Shown one piece after another: positions 18,992-30,394 of a stretch of 64,000 nucleotides of DNA (positions are counted from its first letter, which is position 1; each line of letters opens with the position of its first letter). The position numbers were made by a program, and so were the translations under genes. This DNA comes from Patescibacteria group bacterium (GTDB lineage: Bacteria > Patescibacteriota > Patescibacteriia > JAXHNJ01). The stretch spans positions 13,824-77,823 of the forward strand of contig JBDRMK010000017.1 of NCBI GenBank assembly GCA_043812155.1. Direction: 5' to 3'. A model generated the notes under the pieces. The model was not told where the DNA came from and ran no database searches. It worked only from the letters and a program-made list of their open reading frames with translations.

Positions 18992-19372
18992 TTATTTTTT
19001 TAATTGCTCTCTTACCTGCTCCACGATCTCGGCCGGACTATGGTCGGCTTTAACAAAATATCCCTCAGCCCCTAAAGATTTTCCTTTTTTTATGTCGTCA
19101 TCCTGACCCAAATTAGTCAGCAAAAGAACCGGCGTCTTTTTAAGAACAGGGTCAGACTTTACTTCTTTTAACACTAAAAAACCGTCCAGTTTCGGTAATA
19201 TTATATCCAAAAGGATGATCGCGGGTTTTTCGGCCTTTATTTTTTCTAAACCTTCTTTGCCGTCAAAGGCCTGAAAAACCTCAAACCCTTCCATCTCAAA
19301 TTTGGTTTTATACATCTCTGAAAGCATTTTTTCGTCTTCAATTACGAGAACTTTGGTTTTTTGCGTGGTCAT
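18992..19372 (-). CDS. Single-domain response regulator (receiver only)
   Basis: VLVIEDE, LLDIILPKLDG and a conserved K. Paralogous to the 31455-31865 ORF. Confidence 0.8.
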   Translation of the reverse strand: MTTQKTKVLVIEDEKMLSEMYKTKFEMEGFEVFQAFDGKEGLEKIKAEKPAIILLDIILPKLDGFLVLKEVKSDPVLKKTPVLLLTNLGQDDDIKKGKSLGAEGYFVKADHSPAEIVEQVREQLKK

Positions 19373-19426
19373 AATTTATTCTATTATTTTTATTAAATAA
19401 ACAATATTAGTAATATTATATCATTT

Positions 19427-20869
19427 TTAAAGGCTGGGTGCAAGAATTCCTTTTTCAATAAAATTTGAGACGCTCAAAAGTCTACTTTCCGAGAAATGAT
19501 CGCCGATCAGCTGCAAAGAATACGGCAGTTTTCCGCCGTTATAAAAAGGCAAGGCAATGGCCGGCAGACCGGCTAAGCTTGGGGCAGTCAGAAAAATATC
19601 GGATAAATACATCTCTAAAGGACTTTGTTTTTCCCCTATTTTAAAAGGGAGGGTGGGAGTAGTCGGCGTCAAAATTAAATCCACTTTTTCAAAAGCATTT
19701 TTGAAATCCTGGGCGATCAAACGGCGGGCCTTCATCGCTATAAGATAATAGTCATCGTAATAACCGGAGGAAAGGGAAAAAGTCCCAAGCATGATTCTTC
19801 TTTTTGGCTCCGCTCCCAATCCTTCTTCCCTGGAATTAAGGTAAGTTTCCAATAAATCATAGCTTTTATTTTCCGCCAAACCGAATTTGATGCCGTCGTA
19901 ACGGGCCAAATTAGAAGAAGCCTCGCTCGGAGTGATAATATAATAAGCAGCGACCGCGTATTCCGTATGTGGCAAAGAAATTTCCACTATTTCAAAACCC
20001 TGGCTGGCTATTTTTTTTACCACTTTTTCTATCGCCTGCTTGATATTATCAGCCAAACCAGCGGAAAAATATTCTTTCGGCAGGCCGATTTTTAATTTCT
20101 TTTCAGTTTTTATAAGGTCAGCCGGATAATCATCAACTTTTATATTTTTCGTGGTGGCGTCACGCTTGTCTACTCCGGCCATCGCTTCTAAAACATAAGC
20201 CGCATCTTCCACCGTCCTGGTTAAAGTTCCAATAACATCAGTGGAAGAGGTTAAAGCGATCAAGCCGTAGCGCGAGACGCGGCCGTAGGTGGGCTTTAGG
20301 CCCACCAAGCCGCAGAAAGCGGCTGGCTGGCGGACTGAGCCGCCAGTATCCGAGCCAAGCGCATATAAACACATGCCGCCAGCCACGGCCGCGGCACTGC
20401 CGGCCGATGAACCGCCGGGCACCCGGGTTAAATCCCGCGGGTTTTTGGTGGGAAAAAAAGCGGAATTTTCTCCGGAAGAGCCCATGGCGAACTCGTCTAA
20501 ATTTGTTTTCCCTAGAAAAACCGCGTCTTTCTCCTTTAATTTCTTTATGACCGAGGCGTCGTATGGAGCCAAGAAATTTTCCAATATTTTTGAGCCAGCC
20601 GTGGTCTTTAAGCCTTCCATTAAAATATTGTCTTTAATCGCGCAAGGAAGCCCGGATAATATATCGATTTTCCCGCCATTTTTTATTTTCTTATCCACCT
20701 CTTTTGCCTTATTTATGGCCGACTCCTGATTAACGTTGATAAAAGCATGTATTTCTTTGTCCGACTTTTCAATATTATTTAAAAAACCGCAGGTTAGCTC
20801 CTCGCTGGAAAATTCACGGTCTTTCAAACCCTGGTGGGCGCTTTTTAGAGTAAGTTTGGCAAGATCCAT
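19427..20869 (-). CDS. gatA: Glutamyl-tRNA(Gln) amidotransferase subunit A
   Basis: Amidase signature GGSSGGSAAAVA; 480 aa. Confidence 0.92.
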   Translation of the reverse strand: MDLAKLTLKSAHQGLKDREFSSEELTCGFLNNIEKSDKEIHAFINVNQESAINKAKEVDKKIKNGGKIDILSGLPCAIKDNILMEGLKTTAGSKILENFLAPYDASVIKKLKEKDAVFLGKTNLDEFAMGSSGENSAFFPTKNPRDLTRVPGGSSAGSAAAVAGGMCLYALGSDTGGSVRQPAAFCGLVGLKPTYGRVSRYGLIALTSSTDVIGTLTRTVEDAAYVLEAMAGVDKRDATTKNIKVDDYPADLIKTEKKLKIGLPKEYFSAGLADNIKQAIEKVVKKIASQGFEIVEISLPHTEYAVAAYYIITPSEASSNLARYDGIKFGLAENKSYDLLETYLNSREEGLGAEPKRRIMLGTFSLSSGYYDDYYLIAMKARRLIAQDFKNAFEKVDLILTPTTPTLPFKIGEKQSPLEMYLSDIFLTAPSLAGLPAIALPFYNGGKLPYSLQLIGDHFSESRLLSVSNFIEKGILAPSL

Positions 20870-20873
20870 GGTA

Positions 20874-21158
20874 TTATTTAAAAACTCCTTTCACCTCAAT
20901 AAAATTATTGGTTGTTTTCGGCGCATTTTTAAGGATTTTTTCTTTCCCGGCAAAAACCGAGACCTGGTCATCGCGGGTCTTATTTTCCTGACCAAACGTT
21001 TTTGGCGATAAAAACTTTTTTTCTTTCAGCTCTTTTAGTTTATCGATATAATCAATAATGACCGTCAGCTCCCGGGAGAATTTTTCCGTTTCTTTCGGGG
21101 ACAACTTGATCCGCGACAGTTTGGCGATATGTTCCACTTCTTTTTTTGAAATTTTCAT
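20874..21158 (-). CDS. gatC: Glutamyl-tRNA(Gln) amidotransferase subunit C
   Basis: 94 aa starting MKISKKEVEHIAKLSRIKL, immediately upstream of gatA. Confidence 0.8.
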   Translation of the reverse strand: MKISKKEVEHIAKLSRIKLSPKETEKFSRELTVIIDYIDKLKELKEKKFLSPKTFGQENKTRDDQVSVFAGKEKILKNAPKTTNNFIEVKGVFK

Positions 21159-21161
21159 ATT

Positions 21162-23183
<2,022 letters not shown>

Positions 23184-24041
23184 TTATTTCTTTTCAATGA
23201 TTTCCTCAGAAAACAAAACAAAGTCAAATATGCCCTGGGAAGGTAAGATCCACGGGATGCTGGCGGATAAGGCAATCTTAGAATTCTCGTAAGTTCCTGT
23301 GGATTTCAAGGAAATCCGATTGGAAATATCCTTCTCGGCTCCCGCAGAAGCGCTATCATTGCTGAAGGCTGACACTTTTAAATAATCAATGTCGCAATAT
23401 AAGGGGGTGATTATCAAACGGTAATAATTACCCGCCAGAAAAGTGGTATTATTCCTTTCCGTGCAGGCGTAATTGCTTAAAGCGCAAGGATAAATATTTT
23501 CATAAGGATTAGTGGTGGCGTCAAAACCGCCCGTATTAGCCAAAGAAACGTAGCTTAATTTCAGCCAGCCAGACCCGGCGACCACGCCTTGCCCTAGGCA
23601 ATTATCCCGCCAATTTATTTTAATGGATTCCACGCCGCCGCCGCCAGACAAAGCATTCGGATCAAAAAGATCAATGGTTATTTTTTCATTCATTTTCAGA
23701 TGGCTTAAGGCGTATTTTTCCGAAGGACTGGCGGTCGTTTGCCAATTCCCTAAATTAGTCCCCTCAAAAGACAATAAAGAACTCCCATCCATATCCGTAA
23801 CCGTACTGCTTAAAGTTTCAGCCAGTGCATCTCTATTAGTTTTAATTACCGCCAATTTTGCTTCCAGACCGGTTTCCGCCGCGTAAAACGCGAGAATAGA
23901 ATGGTCAACATTAGTGGAATATTCGTGCTGATTGATGATCAATACGGAAACGCCAATCGCCACCGCCACCACCGTGGACATGATAAGCAGGGAAAGAAAA
24001 AGAGTGACCCCTTTTTGATTTTTTATTATCTTTCGCATCAT
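23184..24041 (-). CDS. Type IV pilus minor component, PilX-like (N-terminal TM)
   Basis: Start chosen at MMRKIIKNQKGVTLFLSLLIMSTVVAVAIG (PilX-type N-terminus). The listed upstream ORF start would overlap the next gene. Confidence 0.45.
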   Translation of the reverse strand: MMRKIIKNQKGVTLFLSLLIMSTVVAVAIGVSVLIINQHEYSTNVDHSILAFYAAETGLEAKLAVIKTNRDALAETLSSTVTDMDGSSLLSFEGTNLGNWQTTASPSEKYALSHLKMNEKITIDLFDPNALSGGGGVESIKINWRDNCLGQGVVAGSGWLKLSYVSLANTGGFDATTNPYENIYPCALSNYACTERNNTTFLAGNYYRLIITPLYCDIDYLKVSAFSNDSASAGAEKDISNRISLKSTGTYENSKIALSASIPWILPSQGIFDFVLFSEEIIEKK

Positions 24042-24045
24042 AAAT

Positions 24046-24729
24046 TTATCTTGAATATTGTCGGGAAGAAACCGTAATTTGCAATTTTGAGGTAAAAGCA
24101 TAGGGCTTGGTTTTTATTATCGTGCTGGTCCCCAAAACAATGGTCACTAAAGGCTGTTCTTGGGCAAGATAAACGCCTGTTGCTTCATTTAATTCAAAGG
24201 GATTTTCCGTCGGTGTAATCCAAATAAGAAATTTATCCACAGTGACGTTATCCGGAGTAACGGTCTCCCAATTGGCATAACCATTAACATCGGGTAAACA
24301 ACGGTCCGCTTTTTGATTTACGTCATTAACGATAAAAACGCAGGATTTAATGACATATCGGGTGGCCGTAACCGACACTCTCTCAAAAAAATACTGGTTA
24401 TTATCCTGGTCCCGGATAACTAGAATTTTATTTGAATTTTGATCGTATAATTCATTAAAATAGATTTTGTCAAGAGTGCTCCCATCACCGTTTGGGTCAT
24501 TGTAAAAATCATAATCAATCACGCCGGTACGCACCAGCCGCGCCATATCTTCCAGGTTATTCCTGGCGTCCACCTGGATCGTTTGGACATAATTTGTCCT
24601 TTTTTGGACTTTGACAATGGTAAAAAAAAGATCCACGCCAATAACCACGGTGATGGCGAAAATGGCGGTAGAAATCAAGAGTTCCAGCAAGGTGAAACCT
24701 TTTTTATTTGTTGATAAATTATTATTCAT
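24046..24729 (-). CDS. Prepilin-type N-terminal cleavage/methylation domain pseudopilin
   Basis: NKKGFTLLELLISTAIFAITVV, a class III signal peptide. Confidence 0.75.
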   Translation of the reverse strand: MNNNLSTNKKGFTLLELLISTAIFAITVVIGVDLFFTIVKVQKRTNYVQTIQVDARNNLEDMARLVRTGVIDYDFYNDPNGDGSTLDKIYFNELYDQNSNKILVIRDQDNNQYFFERVSVTATRYVIKSCVFIVNDVNQKADRCLPDVNGYANWETVTPDNVTVDKFLIWITPTENPFELNEATGVYLAQEQPLVTIVLGTSTIIKTKPYAFTSKLQITVSSRQYSR

Positions 24730-25312
24730 AGCGCCAGTTGGTCAAATCTTCTTCTAAAGTAATGATTTTGGCTTGGTTGTTTTCCAGCCATTTTACCTTC
24801 ACAATCACTTTTAAAATATTCGGGGTTGACGTATCAATTTTTAAAGCCCGGGAAAAACCGCTCAGTGTGCCTGAAGTTAAACTATAGGTGAAATAAGTTG
24901 AGTCAATTCTTAACTCGCAGGTGGCGCAGTTATTTATATACACACCGGCCGCCAAGGGAGTCTTAACCCAAGTCCAGACAGAACTGACTAATCGGTAATC
25001 AAGAGTGCACCAAACAGATGAGCAGCCGTCCAGTCCAGTATCCCAATCATAATATTCTACGGGCGGACCGGGATTTAACACCGTTCTTTGGCTTTTTTTC
25101 AGCCAATTGCTGTCTCTTATATTTCTCGCGTATTCAATCCCCTCCCGGGCCAGATTATAAGCGACCAGCCTATTCTGGCTTGAACGGCCTATTCTGGTCG
25201 TATATATGCTAATACCGATGGAGCTTATGACCACCGACATAACCAGGCCGATCGCCAAGATGCTTTCCATTAAAGACTGTCCGCGATATTTTTTTTCTGA
25301 AATTTTATTCAT
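24722..25312 (-). CDS. Pseudopilin-like protein with a degenerate prepilin motif
   Basis: YRGQSLMESILAIGLVMSVVI. Confidence 0.55.
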   Translation of the reverse strand: MNKISEKKYRGQSLMESILAIGLVMSVVISSIGISIYTTRIGRSSQNRLVAYNLAREGIEYARNIRDSNWLKKSQRTVLNPGPPVEYYDWDTGLDGCSSVWCTLDYRLVSSVWTWVKTPLAAGVYINNCATCELRIDSTYFTYSLTSGTLSGFSRALKIDTSTPNILKVIVKVKWLENNQAKIITLEEDLTNWRYE

Positions 25313-25324
25313 TTGATTGATATA

Positions 25325-26008
25325 TTATTGGCAAACCGTCCAACTGACGGCTTGCTCGTTTATCTGGCCGGTATTCTTCTTCACGTTTACTTTGCGGCAG
25401 ATATTTTTATCCTTTAATTTCAAAAAAATATCCACGCTTTTGGCGGACGCGACGCCGGGATAACGCATGGCGGCGGCATCGCCTGTCCCTGTGTATGGCA
25501 TACGCATGGGCGATTTAAAAGAAACATCAAAAATTGAACCCGCAATCGCCTGATTTGTATTAACCAGTATTTTATGAACTATCACTCCTTCATGCAAAAA
25601 GATACCGCTACCCAACGGGTTTTCACCGCAGATGGGATTACTTAATAGATTGTCATAACGCTGGTTACCTTGAGTGTCATCACATAAATTGGTAGTGCTA
25701 TTCACCGAATAGGTATCGGCAAAAATAAAATATTCGGTATTTGCCGGATTAACCAAGTCCAGATTAAAATGCACTCCGTATCCGCCGACCGGAACAATGC
25801 CTGATACCGCGTAACCGGTTAAGGCGTAATTTTGGGCTTTTTGCAGGGTGCTGACTAATTCCAAGGCGCTCTGCCGCAGTCTTTCCAGTTTTCGGGTGTC
25901 CATAAAACCGGAAAGAACAATGCCCATGAGAATCGCGAAGATGCCAAAGGATATCAAAATCTCAATCAGAGTGAAGCCATTTTTTAAATAACGGTTATGT
26001 TTTCCCAT
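25325..26008 (-). CDS. Prepilin-type pseudopilin
   Basis: KNGFTLIEILISFGIFAILMGIV. Confidence 0.75.
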   Translation of the reverse strand: MGKHNRYLKNGFTLIEILISFGIFAILMGIVLSGFMDTRKLERLRQSALELVSTLQKAQNYALTGYAVSGIVPVGGYGVHFNLDLVNPANTEYFIFADTYSVNSTTNLCDDTQGNQRYDNLLSNPICGENPLGSGIFLHEGVIVHKILVNTNQAIAGSIFDVSFKSPMRMPYTGTGDAAAMRYPGVASAKSVDIFLKLKDKNICRKVNVKKNTGQINEQAVSWTVCQ

Positions 26009-26788
26009 TTATAAATTAAAAAGCGGATCTAAGAAACTGCCCTCCAGATACCAATCTATGATCGCCTGCCCGAAAATCAGGCAGACAAAAGCGGCCACTA
26101 CCAGAAAAGGGCCGAAAGGCAAGCGGCTTTTCATTGTTTTCCGGCGGAAGATAATCAGAAACAGGGAAACCAGGGAACCGGAAATATAAGCCAGGAAAAG
26201 AGCCGCCAATAATTTTTGCCAGCCTAAAGCGGCGCCCATCAGGCCGCCGAGCCGGATATCGCCGCCGCCGACCCATTTGCCGCGCGACAAAGTAAACTGC
26301 AGGAAAAAAAACCCGGCTCCGATGACCAGGCCGATGAGAATTTCCAAAACCGGCATTTTTAAGATCAGGCTGAAAATAAAAGCCAAAAACAAGGCCGGCA
26401 GAGAAACTTTATCAAGGATCAGGTGATATTTAAGATCGTAGACAAAAATCAAGGCCAGAAAAGCGGTTATAATTAAGTAAAAGACAAATTGAAGCGACCA
26501 GCCATAGGTAAAATAGATAATAACAAATGAAACCGCGACGAAAAATTCCACCAGCGGGTATTGCCAGGAAATTTTTTTATCGCAGTAGCGGCAGCGGCCG
26601 CCGAGCAAAATAAAACTCAAAATAGGCACTAAATCCATAGCTGACAGGGAATGCCCGCACTGGGGGCAAAAAGAACGGCCACGGATAAATGATTTTCCCT
26701 GATGCAAGCGGTAGATCACCGCGTTTAAAAAACTGCCGACAATGAGGCCGAAAATTATAACTAATAAATAATATCCCAGATTATTCAT
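26009..26788 (-). CDS. pilD: Prepilin peptidase (A24 family)
   Basis: N-terminal CPQCGH...CRYC zinc-binding region and polytopic membrane core; 259 aa. Confidence 0.85.
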   Translation of the reverse strand: MNNLGYYLLVIIFGLIVGSFLNAVIYRLHQGKSFIRGRSFCPQCGHSLSAMDLVPILSFILLGGRCRYCDKKISWQYPLVEFFVAVSFVIIYFTYGWSLQFVFYLIITAFLALIFVYDLKYHLILDKVSLPALFLAFIFSLILKMPVLEILIGLVIGAGFFFLQFTLSRGKWVGGGDIRLGGLMGAALGWQKLLAALFLAYISGSLVSLFLIIFRRKTMKSRLPFGPFLVVAAFVCLIFGQAIIDWYLEGSFLDPLFNL

Positions 26789-26890
26789 AGCGTTATTATA
26801 CCATATTTTGCCGATATAAAAAAGCGGCCTGGCAGACTAAGTATTTTAGCGCTACTGCCTTTTCAAACCGGCTTTCTTGTTTTTAAATGT

Positions 26891-26947
26891 GGACGCCACT
26901 AAAGTGGCTATGAAGATAAACTTCCCAGCGAATTCATTCGCGTACGC
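26891..26947 (+). repeat. REP-like palindromic repeat unit (GGACGCCACTnAAGTGGCTATGAAG...CAGCGAATTCATTCGCGTACGC), copy A
   Basis: Two palindromic modules (GCCACT..AGTGGC and GCGAAT..ATTCGC/CGCGTACGCG). Overlaps the 3' end of the transposase gene. Copies recur at 27519-27641, 30272-30330 and 53950-53972. Confidence 0.7.
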
Positions 26948-27473
26948 TTTTGCCAAAATTATTTTTAATAAATTCCTCGTCGGTTATTTGAATTACCGAT
27001 TGAATATAATTATCAATATTTCCCTTACCTATTATTTTTATCAACGAGGAATAACTTGAAAATGGGTATTTTTCTAACTTCTTAAGCGTTTTCACCTCCT
27101 TATGCTTTAAGGGATTTCCCGCGACGTAACCGATAACTTTGCTCAACAAAATATCACTCTCAATTAAATACACGTGGTATTCACCCCAAACTGGTTTTTT
27201 GTTGCCTGTTATTTTATTCAAGCGGTAAGCGCTAACACCATAAATATGTTTTAAAATTTTGGGGATAATCCCGGCATTATTATAAAATGAAACAAAATGA
27301 TAATGATTTGACATTATGCTAAAATTAAAATCTTTTAGTTTATTAATTCCAATCGCGGATTTTATCTGATTAAGTATCAAGTTTTTCTTCAAAAATGTGT
27401 CAAAAAAATGATAGCGATAGGCGGTTGGAACGGTTATAAAATAATATGAATGGTTGACAAAATATCTGGACAT
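26934..27473 (-). mobile_element. IS200/IS605-like HUH (Y1) transposase, REP-associated tyrosine transposase (RAYT) type
   Basis: 179 aa with the HUH motif in SNHYHFV and catalytic Tyr in YVAGNPLKH. Flanked on both sides by REP-like palindromes. Confidence 0.6.
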
Positions 27474-27518
27474 AAATAATCTATTAATACTGATCTAATC
27501 GAATAAATTTTTAATGGC

Positions 27519-27641
27519 GGACGCCACTGAAGTGGCTATGAAGGTAAACTTCTCAGCGAATTCATTCGCGTACGCGTTTTGATTTTCGGACGCCACTGAA
27601 GTGGCTGTGAAAAAATAGGCAGGAAAGTGGCTATGAAAAAA
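27519..27641 (+). repeat. REP-like repeat cluster, copy B (module1-module2-module1'-partial)
   Basis: GGACGCCACTGAAGTGGCTATGAAGGTAAACTTCTCAGCGAATTCATTCGCGTACGCG, then GGACGCCACTGAAGTGGCTGTGAAA and GGAAAGTGGCTATGAAAAAA. Confidence 0.7.
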
Positions 27642-27686
27642 TCGGCTGTTTGTTAATAACACCCTTGGCTAAATTTAAAAAAAGTC

Positions 27687-28100
27687 TTATTTAATTCCTT
27701 CCGCGGATAACGTATGTTTGCCCTTAGCCAGGCGGTCATAGCCTTTTTCCAAAGTAAAAGTCACTTCAAAATCTTTCTCACCCGGCACTTTGGTCACCTG
27801 GTATTGGTATTTGCCCGGATCCTTGATTTGAGCGATATTTGCAAGGTAAGCGGAAAGATCGCACGCGGAAACCAAACTGCCAACCTGACGGCAGCCTTCG
27901 CCAGCCTGCGCGTAGGAATTTGTTTCGTTAAAAAGAACTTCAAATCCGAAACGGACTTGAGCCATATCCGCCATTCTTTTGGCGTCCCGCGTCCTGGCCC
28001 TTTCCTGATTTAGCAAAAGCACGCCAAAAATAATAACGATCAACAGCAAACCGGTAAATATGATCAGTTCTTTTAACGAAAAGCCTTTTTGGTCTTTCAT
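27687..28100 (-). CDS. Type IV pilin-like protein (second pilin)
   Basis: KGFSLKELIIFTGLLLIVIIFGVLLL prepilin-type N-terminus, with a C-terminal Cys pair. Confidence 0.65.
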   Translation of the reverse strand: MKDQKGFSLKELIIFTGLLLIVIIFGVLLLNQERARTRDAKRMADMAQVRFGFEVLFNETNSYAQAGEGCRQVGSLVSACDLSAYLANIAQIKDPGKYQYQVTKVPGEKDFEVTFTLEKGYDRLAKGKHTLSAEGIK

Positions 28101-28298
28101 ATTTATATTGTATCATAATATATAATTTCCAGCCAATACACCAGTCGCGCGGCCAGCCAGGATCAAAAATACTATACTATTGAAAAAATAAATACTAAAA
28201 GGTAAAAACAAATACATAAACTCAAAAAAATGTTAGAAAAAATAATAAGGGCAAAACTTTTTAAGTACAGCCCTTATTATTAATACTATATAACTTGC

Positions 28299-28808
28299 TT
28301 AGAATCCGCAATTTGATATTGGCGTTCCAGAAGCTGGCTCCGTTGATATTTCACCACTACCTCCTTCAGAATTCAGATAGTAGAAATTCTCCGCGCCACC
28401 TTCCAATTGCGCATAAAGACAATATCCGACTCCAGCCCCAGGCAAAATGTAATTATATTGACATGCGCCTGCTGGACAAGTATTATTAGTAGGATCTTCT
28501 AAAACATTGCCAAGATATTCGTCATATATAGGATTGGTTCCTTCAGCGAGAACAAATATTGAACCTGCTGTATGGGCAACAGAATCGCCGGCGGTCGGTG
28601 GATAAGCATTTGGGGTCTGATCATCATAAAATAAAGTCAAAGCCGTCCGAATCTGGGACAAGTCGGATTTTCTCTGGGCGTCTCTGGCCTTTTCCCGGGC
28701 GCCGTTTAAGGCGACCAAGCCGATAGCCGACAAAATACCGATGATGGCGATAACCACCAACAACTCAATTAAAGTAAAGCCTTTTTTTGTTTTTCTCATT
28801 ATTTTCAC
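28299..28808 (-). CDS. pilA: Type IV major pilin (PilA-like)
   Basis: [50 protein letters not shown]. Own SD GGAGGTG and a flanking terminator on the pilC side. Confidence 0.85.
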   Translation of the reverse strand: MKIMRKTKKGFTLIELLVVIAIIGILSAIGLVALNGAREKARDAQRKSDLSQIRTALTLFYDDQTPNAYPPTAGDSVAHTAGSIFVLAEGTNPIYDEYLGNVLEDPTNNTCPAGACQYNYILPGAGVGYCLYAQLEGGAENFYYLNSEGGSGEISTEPASGTPISNCGF

Positions 28809-28811
28809 CTC

Positions 28812-28829
28812 CTTCCAATTAATTGGAAG
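28812..28829. promoter_or_regulatory. Perfect 18-bp palindrome CTTCCAATTAATTGGAAG abutting the pilA Shine-Dalgarno
   Basis: Read directly from the sequence. On the mRNA the 3' arm ends at the GGAGGTG SD. Confidence 0.3.
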
Positions 28830-28960
28830 CCATTTTTTGTTTTGTTATCAGCAATCGACTGTCTGACAACCGGCAAAAATTGGCTTATCTTCAATGTTTA
28901 ATCTACTTAATATTAACACATAAAAGCGTTTTTGTCAAAAAATGCCTTGTCTTTCCCTTT

Positions 28961-30244
28961 TTATATGGCCTGGGAAAGATTATACATCGGCATTAAAACG
29001 GACATGACAATGACCGCTACCGCCACGCCCATGATCACCAGGATCAAAGGCTGGATCAGGCTGACCAGGTTTTCCACCATATTTTCAAGCTCCCGGGCGT
29101 AAAAACCGGAGATCTTGTCCAAGATCAGGTCAAGTTTTCCGGTCTGCTCGCCAATGGCCATCATATGGGGCAGCATGATCGGAATCTCCTTGCTGCGGAT
29201 GAAAACCGAGGCAATGGATTTGCCGGCCTCCACTTCTTTTATTGTCTCCGAGATCAAGTCCTTATAAACGCGGTTGCCGATGATATCGGCCGTAATTTCC
29301 AAAGAACGGGTGAGGGGGACGCCGGAGACCAGAAGCGTGGCCAGGCTGCGGGCGAAACGGACCATGTAAATATTCTGGTAAATGCCGCCGAAGATCGGCA
29401 AGCGCATTTTTAGGCTGTCTATTTTTTTCCGGCCGGCAGGCTGGCGGTTGATGAAATTAAAAACAAACACCGCGATTATTATGACCAAAACCAGCAGCCA
29501 CCATTTGCTCTGCAAAAAGGCGCTTGTTCCCATGACCAGCTTGGTTGACCAAGGGAGCTCCGCTCCGCCTTGCGTTAATACTTCCGTCAGCTTAGGCATG
29601 ACAAAAATCATCATCAGAACTCCCACCGCGGACATGGCGACAATGATAAAAATGGGGTAAATCATCGCGCCCTTCATTTTGCTCACCAGGTCATAATCCT
29701 TTTCCTGCTGATCCGCCAAATAATTCAAAGTCTCGTCCAGTTTGCCGGTGGTTTCGCCAGACTTGACCATGTGAGTAAAAAAATCGGAGAAAACCTGCGG
29801 ATAACGGCCCAGGGTCTGCGACAACCGGGCGCCGCCGTCCACTTCATCCGCCACTTCAGAAAGGATGATCTTAAAATTAATATTCTTTGACTGCTTGACG
29901 AGAATGCGCAATGCCTGGACAATCGGCACGGTGGCGGAGATCAAAACGGCGAGCTGGCGGGAAAACATGACCACTTCTTTCCGCGGCACTCTTTTTAAGA
30001 AGCCGAAAGTCGACTGGAACAAAGTGATTTTTTTTCTTTCAGACAAAGCCAAAAGAACCAGATCGCGTTCTTGGAGCATTTCCTGGGCGACGTTCTCGGT
30101 CGGCGCCTCCACCGCTCCGACCAGGGTATTGCCTTCCCGGTCTTTAGCTTTGTAGTCGAATAAAACCACGCGTTTGTTTATTAATTTATTATATGATGTA
30201 ATTTTTTCGAGATGAGGAGAAAAAAACACGAAGACATCAGACAT
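28961..30244 (-). CDS. pilC: Type IV pilus platform protein PilC (GspF family)
   Basis: 427 aa with two GspF domains and three TM segments. Confidence 0.85.
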   Translation of the reverse strand: MSDVFVFFSPHLEKITSYNKLINKRVVLFDYKAKDREGNTLVGAVEAPTENVAQEMLQERDLVLLALSERKKITLFQSTFGFLKRVPRKEVVMFSRQLAVLISATVPIVQALRILVKQSKNINFKIILSEVADEVDGGARLSQTLGRYPQVFSDFFTHMVKSGETTGKLDETLNYLADQQEKDYDLVSKMKGAMIYPIFIIVAMSAVGVLMMIFVMPKLTEVLTQGGAELPWSTKLVMGTSAFLQSKWWLLVLVIIIAVFVFNFINRQPAGRKKIDSLKMRLPIFGGIYQNIYMVRFARSLATLLVSGVPLTRSLEITADIIGNRVYKDLISETIKEVEAGKSIASVFIRSKEIPIMLPHMMAIGEQTGKLDLILDKISGFYARELENMVENLVSLIQPLILVIMGVAVAVIVMSVLMPMYNLSQAI

Positions 30245-30271
30245 TTAGACATGAAGACAGGAAGACAATTT

Positions 30272-30330
30272 TCCCAGCGAATTTATTCGCGTACGCTTTG
30301 AAGGGCGGACACCATTGAAATGACTATGAA
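30272..30330 (+). repeat. REP-like repeat, copy C (module order module2-module1)
   Basis: CCAGCGAATTTATTCGCGTACGC...GCGGACACCATTGAAATGACTATGAA between pilC and the pilT-like gene. Confidence 0.6.
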
Positions 30331-30394
30331 TGCAAAGTGATTCAACGAGCGGCGCGATTTAACAACTTTAACAGTTTCAACATTTTCAACAGCA

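Noticed and set aside
23184-24101. Upstream start (MLLPQNCK...) of the PilX-like gene
   Set aside because: It would overlap the preceding pseudopilin gene. MMRKIIKNQKGVTLFL gives a conventional positively charged n-region plus TM.
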